Assembly: GCA_951804945.1 (NCBI GenBank)
Contig: OX638155.1
Span: 50,964,001 to 51,028,000 of the forward strand
Direction of reading: 5' to 3'
DNA from: Podarcis cretensis
Taxonomy: Eukaryota
DNA: 64,000 nt
Part shown: positions 39,050-52,627 of the stretch, piece by piece
How the letters are laid out: every line of letters begins with the position of its first letter
How positions within the stretch are numbered: the stretch's first letter is position 1
Position numbers and translations under genes: made by a program
The notes under the pieces: model-generated
The model's database searches: none
Told to the model about the DNA's origin: nothing
The model's input: the letters and a program-made list of their open reading frames with translations, nothing else

Positions 39050-39290
39050 CAGTGGTACCTCAGGTTAAGTACTTAATTTGTTCCGAGGTCGGTTCTTAAC
39101 CTGAAACTGTTCTTAACCTGAAGCACCACTTTAGCTAATGGGGCCTCCTGCTGCCGCCGTGCCGTCGGAGCACGATTTCTGTTCTCATCCTGAAGCAAAG
39201 TTCTTAACCCGAGGTACTATTTCTCGGTTAGCGGAGTCTGTAACCTGAAGTGTATGTAACCTGAAGCGTATGTAACCTGAGGTACCACTG
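39050..39290 (+). mobile_element. Tc1/mariner (Tigger-like) MITE, same family and orientation as 11841
   Basis: TIR cagtggtacctcaggtta...taacctgaggtaccactg with TA on both sides. Confidence 0.92.
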
Positions 39291-42200
39291 TAGACACTGA
39301 GTTTATTACAGCCAGGTGGCTAGATATTATTTCAATAATTCTGAAAACTAATTCCACCAATATATTTTTAAAAATCTAGTTTTTGGAAACTTGGAAAACC
39401 AGGTGATGACTTTGTTAGTTTGTTTAAAAAGGAATTCCAGCTGTGAAGTAGTATATATTTCCTGCAGCCCCAAGCAGGCCTTTCTTAATACAGAAAGCAA
39501 ACACAGACAGTTTGCTTCTAGACAGCTGCTTATTGTGGGATGGGTTCTCATCACGAACTGTTTCACAATATTCATGCAGCATTGTTGGCATCAAAAAGGC
39601 CAGTTCAATTCTTTTCCTCCCCTTAATTCAGATCTAACCTTTCTGGGGGAAGTCTGGTAATTAAAAAAACGATAAAAACCTGAATGACCCAATTTCAATG
39701 TGGGGCAGAGCAGTCCTACAGATAGGAAGCCATCAGAATTCATATCATCTTAAATTAAGCCAGCATAAGTTACTCATATTCCAAACTCCTTTTAGGAGTG
39801 GAGCTTCTGCTGACTGAGCATGCCTGAGGGGAGCCAAGCTTTTAAAACAGAGTTTGCCTTGCACCAGTCCTTTTGTCTGCACAAGTTCCACCAGTTTGCC
39901 AGGTCACGTGACTGAGCTAAAAGCAACCTGAATAGGTGTAAGCCTCTCCTTTCCCCAACCTCCCCCTGCCACATCCCTGGAACACCCCTTTTTAAAAACA
40001 TATGTCAATTTCGCCCGCAGAGTTAGCATAGCCCAGGGTTCATCCAAGTTGAGCAGGGATGAAGGAAGTATTACACCAATGAAGCCCTGGCTCAAGTGGG
40101 AAAGCCCAAAATCCACCTATTCCAAACTCACTCCTCCTGGCAGATCTTGGGTTTGGACTGTGCTGTAAGCCCCCCTTCTGGATGCTTTGCAAATGGGGTG
40201 CTTTCCCCAGAAAACATAAAAAATAGTAGATTCACCCTTAACCTGCAAAGTTTTGGCTTAAGCTGGAATCACAGGACTTAATGTTCCTCTGAAAAGATCT
40301 ATTTCAGAAGTCATGAACAAGGAAACTTTTTGTTGAGTACATTTCCTTTGAAAGGTGCCAGATAAGAATCTTTTTCACAGAGACCAGAACTTAATGGATT
40401 TTAAAGACCGATTCTCACTAACACAACCAATCGATCTAAATCACTACAGGAAAGAGAGCAGAAGAAACAGTCAAAATTCAGCTAAATAACATACTGAAAC
40501 TGCCTCTAATTAATGGCATATTATTTTATTGGCTTAACACTGAAGGAAGCCTGGCAATAACATGTCAGAGATTTCTTTCTATGGAGAAGGGAGAAGTCCA
40601 CATTGATTAATTTCTTTGGAATATGTTTAGCACAACTGTTTTTATCATTACATCTTAAAAGCGAATGCCCTAAAGTGTCCTCAGATGAACCGTGTCTTTT
40701 ATGACCAGTGCAGCCCGGCAAAGTGCAATTTCAGGGAAATAATCTCTTTAATTCAAGCCTGCTCCTGGTGCCTTTGGTCTAACTACTTGCTTCCTGTTGC
40801 TCCTCCTGGTGGCTTTTGCCCAGTTAACTAAATTTAGGGAGCCTATGGTTAGGAAGTAGTAAGGACCTCTGTCTTTCTTCTAAAGCTGGAGAGCTAAGCA
40901 CCAGGTGGGTTGGCTGTTGCTAACAGGATTCTGGCCTGCAGCATCTCTCTGCTAGTGACTCCACCTCCCAACTTGGCCCCACAGTGGCCCTGATGACCAA
41001 CACCGCTCCCTCGCCCAGTGACTGCCATGAGATTACGCCTGCCCCAAACACATGCATTTACTTGAGGCCTCCCTCTGATGCTGCTCCTGAGAATAGCAGT
41101 ATAATTCAGTTAGTGGCCAGGGTGGGTGGGGAGAGATAAGAAACTGGCTTGATGCACCAAATTGCTTCCCCACAGCAGGTGGCGAGTAATGATGAGCTGA
41201 AATTGTTTCCTACCTCCAAACCAGATTTTTTTATCTCCCAGCACTCCACATTTCCATGGGGCCAACAAGTGAATCATCTGATGTGATAGTGATACCAGAT
41301 AATTGACATCTGTCAATAGGAAGTGCTGCAGAAGAGGCTTTTCAGGCACTGCCAACATACACTGTAAAGCCCCTTTCAGCTGAACTTCAGTCTTGTTGGT
41401 TCCATACTTGATATCATATGACAGGCAGGTGTGGTTTGGCTGAAACAGCCTGGAGAACCAAATTTGGTCCATGGGTCACAGGTTCTCCACACCTGTTCTA
41501 CAGCCACAAATAGGCAGCAGCAGAAGGCTGCTATCCTAAGTAAGTTCGATTCTTTGGATACTTACTACTGTTTGCACCATTTTGCTGAAGTGAAACTGCA
41601 CAAATTAAAAATAAAAAGCAAGGGAACAGCAGACAATTAAGGGTGAGGAGAAGAGGAGAAACATCCCTATAATTAAAACTGATTAAAGTGATGGCTTCGA
41701 GAAAACTCTGGAGGAGGTGGGAATATGGATCATCATCAATCTGGAAATGTTGAATTAAAGCCATTCCAAAGGAGTGGGGGAAGGGGGAGCACAAATACTT
41801 GCCCACCCTCTGTGTGGTGGAACATAAGTTGTGCATAGGGAAATAAGCCTGCTATACTTGGCAGGTGTAGATGCTTGGCTGCAGTTTTGGGCATACTAAA
41901 AAGCAGGATGTGACTAATGGATTGCATTAAGAGTTTGAAAGCACATGAGCCCACTTACACCTGTACGGAATACCTTGGAATAACGGTACTGTAAGGTTTT
42001 CATACCTACCAAACATACCTGTTTCAACTATGTAGCTTTTCAGACAGCAAACCTTAACTTCAGTTCCTAAAGTACCTTGTAGAGCTACATGTAACCCCCT
42101 GCCCCCCCCCCCCAAAATACAAGAAAAGTACCATGGTGGTTGGCTATCAGCCTCCTTGGCATTAAATTCTTCCATTTTCTTCTACCTGAGTCTGTCTGTA

Positions 42201-43639
42201 TATTGAAAATATCTCTGGAGGTTCTTCGCTGTCTGTTAACACCTTCTAGGTTAGGTGGGTGGGAAGAGGAGAGGGGGCCTTGTTAATGGTAGTAACACAT
42301 GATTCCTCTTACCGGGCGCCTAATTTACTATATTTTTGGCACCAGGTCAAAACCTGCTTATTCTCCCAAACTTTTTAATTTATCTGCATTGGTTTTTAAC
42401 TTGACTTTGTGTGCTTTACCTTTACTGTTTCGGTGTTTAGTTTATCTGAAGTTTTTAACATTACCCTTCTTTTATTATTTTATTTATTGGATTTATGTCC
42501 TGCCCTTTCTCCCCAAGGAGTCTGCAAGGCACCCTGGCAATAGAAACATTGAAGAGCAAACAGGGCACACACTTTTTTTTAAAATGAAATAAAGAAATGT
42601 TGGTGATTTATGGCTGAACTCAACCCTATTTTGCAAAATGTACTGAGAACTGGCTGAGCTGTCTGTTTTGCTTCCAGCAATGACTAAAGGATTTCAAAGA
42701 AGAGGGGAAGGATAAGAACCAGAACTTAATGAGGTAAGAGGCAAAAAGTTTTTATTCTGAAAAGGCAGAACACTATCTTATCTGAATAATAGTTCAATAC
42801 AATGTGGGTTATGTCGTTCAATTCCACCCTTGTTGCAGCAAAAAATTTCAGAGCAATGGTATCCTTAAGTGGAGCCTATAGGGTGACTTCATGGCTTCAA
42901 CATCTAGCCTTATTTTTATTCATCCTACTACTTCCTGCTGTGGATAACATATTGTCTGGTGAAGAATTCTGGGGAACAAAGACTCGAAACTATATTACAA
43001 GAAAAGGAGCTTACTGCAACCAATTTTCACCAAGTTACCCTTGAGGTAATTGGAGAGGAAATCTGGTGACAGCAGCATGTCAAGGAATGAAGGGAAGGGA
43101 TATGGGGGAGTAAACCTAAGTCTCTCTTAAACACCACATATTCCCTGTTTTGGCCTCCTTCTACCTGCCATTACAAAGCCACTAAGCTGCATTTGGCAAG
43201 TGTACCTCTTCCTGTGTAGGTCCACATGGGATGTCATTTTCAATAATGTTCTCTCCTATAGAAGGTTCCCAGATCAGCAACAGTACAGAGCAGGACCTTC
43301 TCAGTGATGACCCCACCTCTGCTTGCTGATTTTTAGACACCCTTTAGACAAAACTGCTAAGCACCACATGGTTGGAAAGGCCTTGTATAGCTAAGAGGAG
43401 GGGTATCTTCTTGATCATGATTTGCTACTGTTCTAGGTCTTGTTTTTTAAAGGAACTATCTTTATACATATTTTTAGATTAATGCTATCATCTCAATTTA
43501 AAAACAAACAAACTTGATCAGTTGTATTGAGCCCTGGGTTGATCAAACAAGTGTGCATGCTGGGAAAAACAATGATATATCTATATATGTCTATATCTAT
43601 AACACACAAACTTCCTGATCAATCAAGGCATCTGTTTGT

Positions 43640-43641
<2 letters not shown>

Positions 43642-43683
<42 letters not shown>
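43642..43683. repeat. (TA)n microsatellite
   Basis: Direct inspection. Confidence 0.95.
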
Positions 43684-43692
<9 letters not shown>

Positions 43693-43828
43693 TAGTCTCT
43701 TCATCATAGAATTGTAAGAGGATCTCAGCTGGATCAGACTCAGGGCCTTATTTAGTCCAGCTTGCAGGAAGCCCCACAAGCAAGACATGAGAGCAACATA
43801 GCCTTTTCTTATTGCTGCTCTCCAACTA

Positions 43829-44015
43829 CAGTGGAACCTTGGGTTATAGCGGGGATCCCACCGTAACCCGAAAATGACGCACATCGAAGTGCCGCGTCTG
43901 TGTACCTGCAATTTAGCACTTCTGTGCATGCACAAGTGGCAAACCTGGAAGTAACCAGTACTTCCAGGTTTGCCGTGGACATTCACGGAGGCGGATGCAG
44001 AACAAGGTTTGACTG
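43829..44015. mobile_element. Second Tc1/mariner-type MITE family, adjacent to or inserted in a CR1-type tail fragment (~43705-43826)
   Basis: ta|cagtggaaccttg...caaggtttgactg|ta; internal palindrome ggcaaacctggaagta...tacttccaggtttgcc. Confidence 0.72.
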
Positions 44016-45990
44016 TACTGGGAAATGAAAAATTGATAAAAATTAAGGCAGCAACATTTAATTTGTTGCTTTTGAGAGCCATTCTGAGCACAAATATTTT
44101 AGAGAAATAAGTTAAATCCCTAAAGAAATATTTTGATGTCAAAGTAAAACACCAGGACCCCAGAATTCAACCTCATGTACAACTAACTCGGGCTGGATTT
44201 TGATGCACAAAACAGTCACTTTTCTGAGCCAGGAAAATCTACTGCTCTACCCTTATTTAAGGGAATGGCACATTCCTATGTACAGTTACTTGGGAGGAAA
44301 CTTTATTGGACACACAGAACTGCAGAGCTGGAAGGGACCACAAGGATCATCCAGTCCTCACTTCAGAGAAAAAACAGGTGTATAGGATTGGGCACTATAT
44401 TATACATGCTTAATACTAAATGTTAAGTGAATACATTTTGACCATCACAATACAACATTCACTTGTTTTCAGTATTTTTGATCATTTTCCAAGTTACATG
44501 TCCCACATTAGCATTCCACAGCTGGTGCTCTCCCCTCCCCACACTTAATTGTGGGGCTGTATTACCTCATCTGTACATCAAAATTTAAAAAACGAAACTT
44601 CTAGTACTTTTTCTACTTTGATTGCTTGCCAACTTCTAAATCTCTTCAGCCTCTGCTAATCACATGTTTAAAATTAGGCTTCTTAACAAGTTTAAATTTG
44701 GGCTCAGCAGTGCTCCAAGCTATCGCTTCCCCTTTCCATTCATCCCCCAAAACCATACCCATGGAGAACTTTTCATGGTGACTTAATGCCTCTATTTATG
44801 GGTTGGTTAATAACAAAACAACAAACACAAAACTACCCCCCCCCCTCAAATCTAAAACATGAACAAAAGGTTTCATGGCACTGGATGTTTATAAGACATG
44901 CTAAACACAGATTGTGCAATGTATAGAAACAAAAGAGCATTCTGAACCCTTTTAAAAAGTATCCCAACTTAACCATAGGACAAATAATTTAACTATAGAA
45001 CAAATAATTAGTTCCACCATGTAATGATTCATGTATTCATATGGCACATAAAATTCACACCGCATACTTCACTATGTAAACAAAATTAAAAAGCAAGCAA
45101 GCCCAATCTTATATCCACCAATTCACAGCAACAGAACATTTTCTGGGAAACTTTCCCATTCAAATTTTTATGAGCAAGCACTTCACTGCTTTTGATAGTC
45201 AGCTGATGGGGGGGGGATTGCATTTTAATTTTTCAAAGATGAGAAGTGCAAGATAAATGAATATAAAGATTAAGCCAAAATTTGTGTTGAAAGGAAAGGA
45301 TATTATATTGTATATAGTTTAAAATTGCTAACTGAACAAAGAGCATTGATATGTTGCATGAGTAAAGCTTTCATTTTGAAACTGCATTATGCTTCTCTTG
45401 TTAAAAGTTAGAAGACTAACCTTCCTGACATTAGCCACTTAAGACGATCCATTAAGGATTCACCGTTACTCAAACAAATATGACAAGATAGAGCATCAGA
45501 GATATAACTCGGGCAGCCTAAGGTATTGTCTACTATTGCAAGTTCTCGGAAGTATCCTTCACTCTGAGAAGGCACATTTGTATGAAGCTCTCTGCAACAG
45601 GAACATGGTATTCCATTGGGGTCACAGTCAAAGAGAAATAAATATCCGAACCATTTAAACATGGGATCAGCAGTTTAAGAGATACTTTGCTATATATAGG
45701 AATAGAACAATTACTAGAATATGGGCGTTACCTCCATGAATGCCCCTTGCTAATTACCAGGAGCAGCACCAAGAGAGTCTGAAGGTGCAGCTTAACATAG
45801 AAAAAATTAATACATGAGAAATAAGGCAATTATTTTAATTATAATTCTTTTTCATTACAGACCACTGAGCACATTCCTCTGCAAGAGTTTCTCACTGATC
45901 CAATTTGGAACACTTAGATAAAATTCCCTCTGCTGTTTTCTAAACCTTAAGGTTACATCTGAGGGCTGCACGGCTGAAAAGGGTAGATCC

Positions 45991-47206
45991 TGTCAGGAGC
46001 GAGACAGCAGCAAATCACACTGAGTAAGCGAAGTTAACTATTTATTAGAAGAAATAGGATCCACACAGGAGTGCCAGGCCGAATGAGTACAGAAACTCTT
46101 CTTCAGTAGGCCTTGTCCCTCCAAGGCAACTGCGGAGACTGAAGGCCTAAGTGGGTTTTTCTCAAGCAATCTGAGACTGCATCTGTGGGTCTGTCTCTGC
46201 TCCTCCCACTTCATGCCTCTTTTGGTCCTGGGGAGACCAGGGGGAAGGGAGATTTTGTTGCAGCAGGAGAGGGGGACACTTGTGCTTCTTCACCCACTTT
46301 AATGATCTCTGTCTCTTGGCCTCCCACATCCCACTTTCTTGGTTTCACTTCTATTTCTGATTCAAGACTACTCCCTGCCACAGACTCTCCCTCCTCACCA
46401 AGCTATGTTACCTCTTCAGCTTCCAACACCTCCTCCCCCTCAGTCTTCTCCCTCTGACCGCTCATTGTAGTCCCACCACCAATCCCCGGGCTCTGTTTTT
46501 TTTTTTTTTATAAAAGATTTTTATTAATTTCCAATTTTTTAACAAAAACAAAAAACAACAAAAGAAACAGACAAACAAAAAACTCATGTTTTCATAACCT
46601 TATTTTCATAACCCTCTTTTCCCGGACTTCCCCATACCTTTCCCTTTTTGCATCCTTAGTTTAGTACCATTATTCAGCAACCTATCTTGCCCAATTAAAT
46701 ATAAATTTATTCTCTTTCTCTATTCCACCCTTAATTTTAAACCCAATTATCGCTGCAATTCTACGTCTTCTTTTCCCTCAGCATTTTAACACTCCTCAGT
46801 TTTATAATAATTCTTAAGATACATCTTAAATTTCTTCCAATCTTCTTCCACAGTCTCTTTCTCTTGGTCGCGGATTCTGCCGGTCATTTCTGCCAGTCCC
46901 ATAAAGTCAATCACTTTCGCCTGCCATTCCTCCAGCGTGGGTAGCTCTTGTGTCTTCCAATACTTTGCTAGAAGGATCCTTGCTGCCGTAGTAGCGTACA
47001 AAAAGAAATTCTTATCCTTCTTCGGCACCAACTGGCCGACCATACCCAAGAGAAATGCCTCTGGTTTCTTGTTAAAGGTGCACTTAAGCACTTTCTTAAT
47101 TTCATTATAAATCATTTCCCAATCCCCGGGCTCTGAGCCTTCTTCCTTTGGGGGTGCCCAGGCTGGTTCCTTCCACCATTCCTCTGTGTCCAACCAGTCC
47201 ATGACA
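45991..47206 (-). mobile_element. Solo LTR (Gypsy-like) interrupted by an L1 insertion
   Basis: TGTCA...TGACA termini, near-TSD atcc/atac, AATAAA on the minus strand at 46041-46046 about 50 nt from the 3' end. Confidence 0.75.
46496..47118 (-). mobile_element. 5'-truncated L1-clade LINE (ORF2 C-terminus, 3' UTR, poly(A))
   Basis: EMIYNEIKK...KKPEAFLLG...YATTAARILLAKYWK...EEDWKKF peptide, AATAAA, T-run at 46496-46509, perfect 17-bp TSD ccaatccccgggctctg (46479-46495, 47119-47135). Confidence 0.9.
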
Positions 47207-48551
47207 ATACCTCAATATTTTAATTGGAGTCCGATTGTGTCTTTTTTGTAATGTCTGAAAAACATTAAGGAATCTAATGGCACCTAAGAAGCACACCTGA
47301 ACATCACAATGGTTGTTCCTTTACATGCATTTGATGGGCATTTTCAAACGCAGTTAAACATTACAGAAATGACATGGTGGGTACCATAGTAGAAATACAG
47401 GGGAAATAGACCCTTAGGGCCTAACCAGGTGTGGCTATCAGGTGCTGGAACTTCACCAGCAGTGTCCAATAAGAACAACAACATTATGTGCACTCATATT
47501 TTGAAGGGGGGGGGGGGAATTGCCAGAAAGACAGGGGTTGCCAGCAGTCATATAGTCACCTGACTTCAGGTCCATGAAATATAATATGAAATGAGAACTA
47601 CAAAAAAATTTTCTATTTTCGAAACTCCTATTTCTGTTTGTGTTGCTCATCGAGTCACTGGTACCTCTCCAATTTCCCTGACCTTCATACACTATCTTTT
47701 GCCCCTTGCATCCATATTTTATTTCATTTTTTACTGCAAATAGAAACAGAACTCTTATAATTCAAGTTATTACGTTTGGTGTTTCTTTGATACTGAAACC
47801 AAGAGCAAGAAGGAATGTAATATCCCTGAAGCTTATACAGAATTAGATGGTCGCAGCAGTTTGGTGGAGAAACATGCCATTCTATTTTACAAGTCACAAG
47901 GGTAGGCTCAGAAGCAAAAGAATGCTAGAGTTCCTCTAGCTGCTCAGGAGTTTATTTTAAGCAAATGCTGCTTAACCCATACGAGCTGAAAACATTTATC
48001 ATGGTGTCAGTGATGCATTTAAAATCATCATCATCCCTTCCCAATATTAGCTCACTCTTACTTGGAATAATCTACATTCTCCAGTAAGCAATTTTCTGTG
48101 TGTCGCTTTAGGATACAAACTGTGCTGTCCCTTTTGACTTGTCATAGCACTTGTGTAAAACTGAAGGGAATCAGAGCAATGAAACCAAACCACAAAAGGA
48201 GAACCTTAAAAGAAAAATCTCCAATAGTTTGTTTATGTAAAACACATGTAGCTTTTCCAAGCAGATGGAGACAAATTACTTTCAGGAGTAAACTGGTCTA
48301 AGACTGCAAACGAAAAATGTATCCAATGTCTAGTTTAAAGAAACTTGATAGATAGCAGTGGATCAGTAGTAGAACGAGTGGTTTAACTTTTTTTAGAAGA
48401 AGTAAGCTACACCCGCTGAAACTTAGGCCCCAAAGCTGCGGCTGTAGGGGCACATTGCCAATAAGAGGAGTAAAGGAAATGAATTGTGCACATTCCTCCA
48501 TTAGCTGCATGATCCATCTCAAACTCATTTATAGAATTTGCAGCTAGCTAT

Positions 48552-48800
48552 TTCATTCATTCATTCATTCATTCATTCATTTATATACTACCTCCTGCTC
48601 CAAGGAACTCAAGGTGGTGTTATGTGGTTCTCCCATCCCATTTTATCTTTGCAACAACCCTGCGAGGTAGGTTATGCTGAGGCAGAGTGACTGGCCCAAA
48701 GTCCCCTTGTGATCTTCTTCACAGGGTGGGGGATTTGAACCCTGGTCTCCCAGGCCAGGTTCTGGATCTAAACCCTGGATAGCACAGAGGTAAAGAGTTG
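48552..48800 (-). mobile_element. CORE-type tRNA SINE with (TCAT)n tail
   Basis: ggatttgaaccc (B box on the minus strand), agtgactggcccaa CORE; reverse complement of the 15753 element. Confidence 0.75.
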
Positions 48801-51800
48801 CTGGTGATAATGTGAGTGTAGGCATCATGTTTTGTCCCCATGTACATCAGCACCTCTGCATGAGCGCAGCCCTGCTGAGAAATCAAAGGTGAGTGGGGCA
48901 GGAACACATCAAGGTCATCAAATATGAACCAACCCCCTACTAATTATGTGAGCCCCTTAATTCCATAGCCAGAGATATTGTTCTATATAGCAAGGATGGG
49001 GGACCTGTGGATCCTTCAGATGTTGCAGGACTGCAACTCCTATCAGCCCCAGTCAGTATGACCAATTGCTCGGGATGATGGAAGTTGTAGTCCAACAACT
49101 TTTGGAAGGTCACAGGGCTGATGTCCTTGCCCTGAAGGAAAGTAATACAAGTTAGCATTTAAAAATCAATCAATCAAATGAAAAGAAGGAGGAGGAGAAG
49201 TTCAGTAGAGATGAATAATTTTGCTAATAAATTCACAAAATTGCTTTCATGTTAAAAGAATCCTTTTCCTGCTAAGGTTTCAGTCTGGCCAGGAAGCCAA
49301 TTGTGTGAAAGAAAAGCTATTAAGTTGCAAGGTGCACTTTTATAGTCAGTGGGTCACCAACACTTGTCTGGAAAGAGCAGGCTCTTTGATAAATCCTAAT
49401 TTATAAAAGGCCAAAGTGCTTAGGATTCATACGGAATCACATTATGCTGCCATCTATTATTTGCAACTGTTAGAGACAATGGATCATGCACTTTTCCCAG
49501 GCTCTCTCACACTACATAGAGAGCGATGCAGGTAGTGTTTTGCTACACTAGCAAGAAGATTATTAGTACTCAGACACTTTAAATAAATCCAGGTTAATTG
49601 AGAACGAACAGTGCATCTGTTCCGGTCTGCTTTCAGACTACTTCGATTTTTCTGGTTTCTTGCAGTGAAGGAGAGCCCCCCTCTCCCCCCACAATGCATA
49701 GAGAAAATGCTTTAAGCATTATAGATGACTTTTCAGTGATTGTACATTATGTGTAATGCACACAATAGGTATTTGTTCGCAATGAACCGCTAAGCAGTGA
49801 GCCTCAGTTCAGCAACAGCCGCTGCCTAGTACCACAATTCAGTCACAGTCCGAGAAATCTATGATGTCAGTTGCTTTAATAGGCCAGGCTGACGTGCCTG
49901 GCACTGACTCCCAGACATGAAGCGCTTCTGGTTTCCATGGGGAGGATTGCTGACTGAGGTATTCCAACCACACTTTCTACCAGCATTCTCTAGACCAAGG
50001 CGTGCACACATACACATCTGAGCAAACATTGAACAGTATGACGTAACCCAACACCATAGGTGTTTTCAATGCCTTCCTTTTAAAAGCATCAGGAGTCCCA
50101 AATCCATTACAGATTGAAACAGCCATTCAATTCAAACAGTTCCTTCCCCGGTGGAATTAATATTTCTGGAATCCAAGGGCTGTATCTGGTCTCCTTTACC
50201 AATGATTTCGAAAGATGGCTGGAGGAGAGTTGGGTTCCTACAACAATTTACAGACAGGGGAAACAACCCCAGTGAAGACAGAGTTGTAAGGGGAGAGGAG
50301 AGGAGGGGAGGCCATGCTTCAGAGAGTGAACAGAGGTAAAGGATAAGGCAGCCTCTTGAGTAACCAGGTCTATATCTGTCTATCTGTCTGTCTATCTATC
50401 TATCTATCTATGAATGACATGACTTTATATTTGAGTAGCAGAATCTTGAACCTGGCCCAGAAGGAGACTAGCAAGTTAATGAGCCAGCAATGTAGCCACT
50501 GCATTCTGACCAGCTGCAGTCTCCAGATTAAGCTTCAGGGTAATCCCACAAAGATTACATTGCAGATACCCAACCTTGAAGTTCCCTGTGCGTGTGAGCC
50601 AAACTATCCTGATCTTAGCCACCGAGGAAATGGGTGCCTCTAATGACAGAACTAGATCCAGGAGTTCGCCCAAACTCTGCACCTGTTCCTTCTGGTTGCT
50701 GTCAGAATCATACTTCAGAAAGGAGGAAATGTTATGAAGGAGTGTCTGATAACAAGGAGTAGAAAAGACAAATGATTCCAGGAAGAGACTTCAGGGTTTG
50801 TGAACGAAAGAACATGCATGGGTAGAAATGTGAGGAGCAGGCAAGGGAACTGAGCAGACTTATTAAAAGGAAAGGGAAAAAGAATTGGAGCAGTCTTGAG
50901 TTCAAAGCATTCTGACACATCTGGGGTACACAGATGTACTAGGCTCTGAAGTAGAGGGGACAAATAGAAGGAAGGTCTCCAGCACTTTTCCAGAAACGGA
51001 AGAGCAGAAAAGTGGGTGCATTTGCTCCATTTTCCAATGTGACCACCCTGGAAACACTTGGAAGAAAGCAGGGACTATGTAAGAGCACACATATTCCTAG
51101 TTCACCCCCAGAAAACGGCAAGGGGGGTTGCGGGGAGGGGAAGAGTAGCCTCAAGGGGGTAATTTCTAGTTCTATAATTTTATGCCCAAAGTTGGAAATG
51201 ACTATGGAGGAAGAGATAATGGAGAGGTAGACACCTACAGGTTACATAATAGGGGATTATCTTTAATAGCAGTGTTAAAGGCTTGAAAACACTATGGCAA
51301 GCAAACAGACAAATGTAGAAGCAAGATTGGCTGGTTTTCTTTTTCCAGGATTAAGACAATCCTAGCCAGCTGGAGCCCAGCTGTTGGGTCTCACTCTTCC
51401 TCCCTCTTCCTCCCACACATGCACAGATCCTCCCTTCTTGTCCTTTTATGCTTGGCTGTTAAGTGATCCTTGCAGGAAGCAACCTTGGCTCACACAATTA
51501 GCTCCCTGCCAAGTTTTTGCCCTGACCCAAATATTATTCATTTGGCACAGTGATTACCCTCCTCTTCTCACTAGGAAGCTTCAGACCCAAAGCAATATAC
51601 ATGCATATGAATCTGCAGTGGAAGCATGGTGATGCTGAAATAAAACACCAAATTCCTGTGTCCATAGCCAGCATTCCCCCCCCCCAAGGTGGAAAGATTT
51701 GCCCCCTACTTAACATTCTGCCCTATAGCATTTTCTAAGCAGAAAAGCTTCAAGGTTCTAGCCTGCCTGGAAATCCATTGCTTAGGAATGCCAAACACCT

Positions 51801-51874
51801 GCCTACCCCCCCCCCCCAAATTAAAATGCTGTCCATAAAACACCCCCCCAATACATGTGTGGACAAACATCTGT

Positions 51875-52627
51875 CTTTATCCCATGACTGCTAAGCTTAC
51901 TCAGCAGTCTTTGGCAAGTGACTTTATCAAAAGCTTTTTGAAAGTCCAGATTACACAATGCCCAGTAGATCACCCCTATGCTTATCATTTTTGCAGAAGC
52001 TATGCCAGTTCTTCTTCAGCAAGATTTGTTCTTAAATGCTTGGTACTTTTATTTTTAATTATGTTTTCCACAAGTTTCCCCAGAACGGACAAAGCATATC
52101 CAATTAGGATTGATGCCATTGCCAAGTGGAGCCTCCTACACCCAGCCTGGACAGCCCATTCAGAAGGAAAATATAGCTGATGACATCAAAAGCCACAAGA
52201 CATCCAAGAGAATCAGCAGGGTTGTACTCCCCCCCCGCCCCCCTCTCAGCAACGGTCATCCCATAGGGCACCCAAGGCAGCTTATTAACTTGCTTGCATT
52301 TTGGTGTAACAGGCTTCTGTTGCATGGGGAAATACGAATAATCAGAATTAATGATATGATTACCGGTGTACAGATAAACAGAAAGATGGCTATCATATCT
52401 CATATCTCTCTTCTTATCCATGCTAAACATACCCAACTCCCTCCAAAGTTCCTCTAAGGTTTGGTTTCCAGACCCTTGATCATCTTGGTTTGCCTTCTTT
52501 TGCACATGTTCCAACTTCTCAATATCCTCCTTAAATTGTGGTGCCTAGAACTAGAGAGTACTCCAGGTATGGTCTGACCAAGGCAGAATAGAGTAGTACT
52601 ATTACTTCCCTTGATCTAGACACCATA
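51875..52627 (-). mobile_element. CR1 LINE fragments (RT region ~51875-51960; 3' ORF2 region ~52388-52627)
   Basis: Minus-strand LDFQKAFDKV...RLLSKLSSHGI and SREVIVLLYSALVRPYLEY...APQFKEDIEKLEHVQKKA peptides. Confidence 0.8.
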
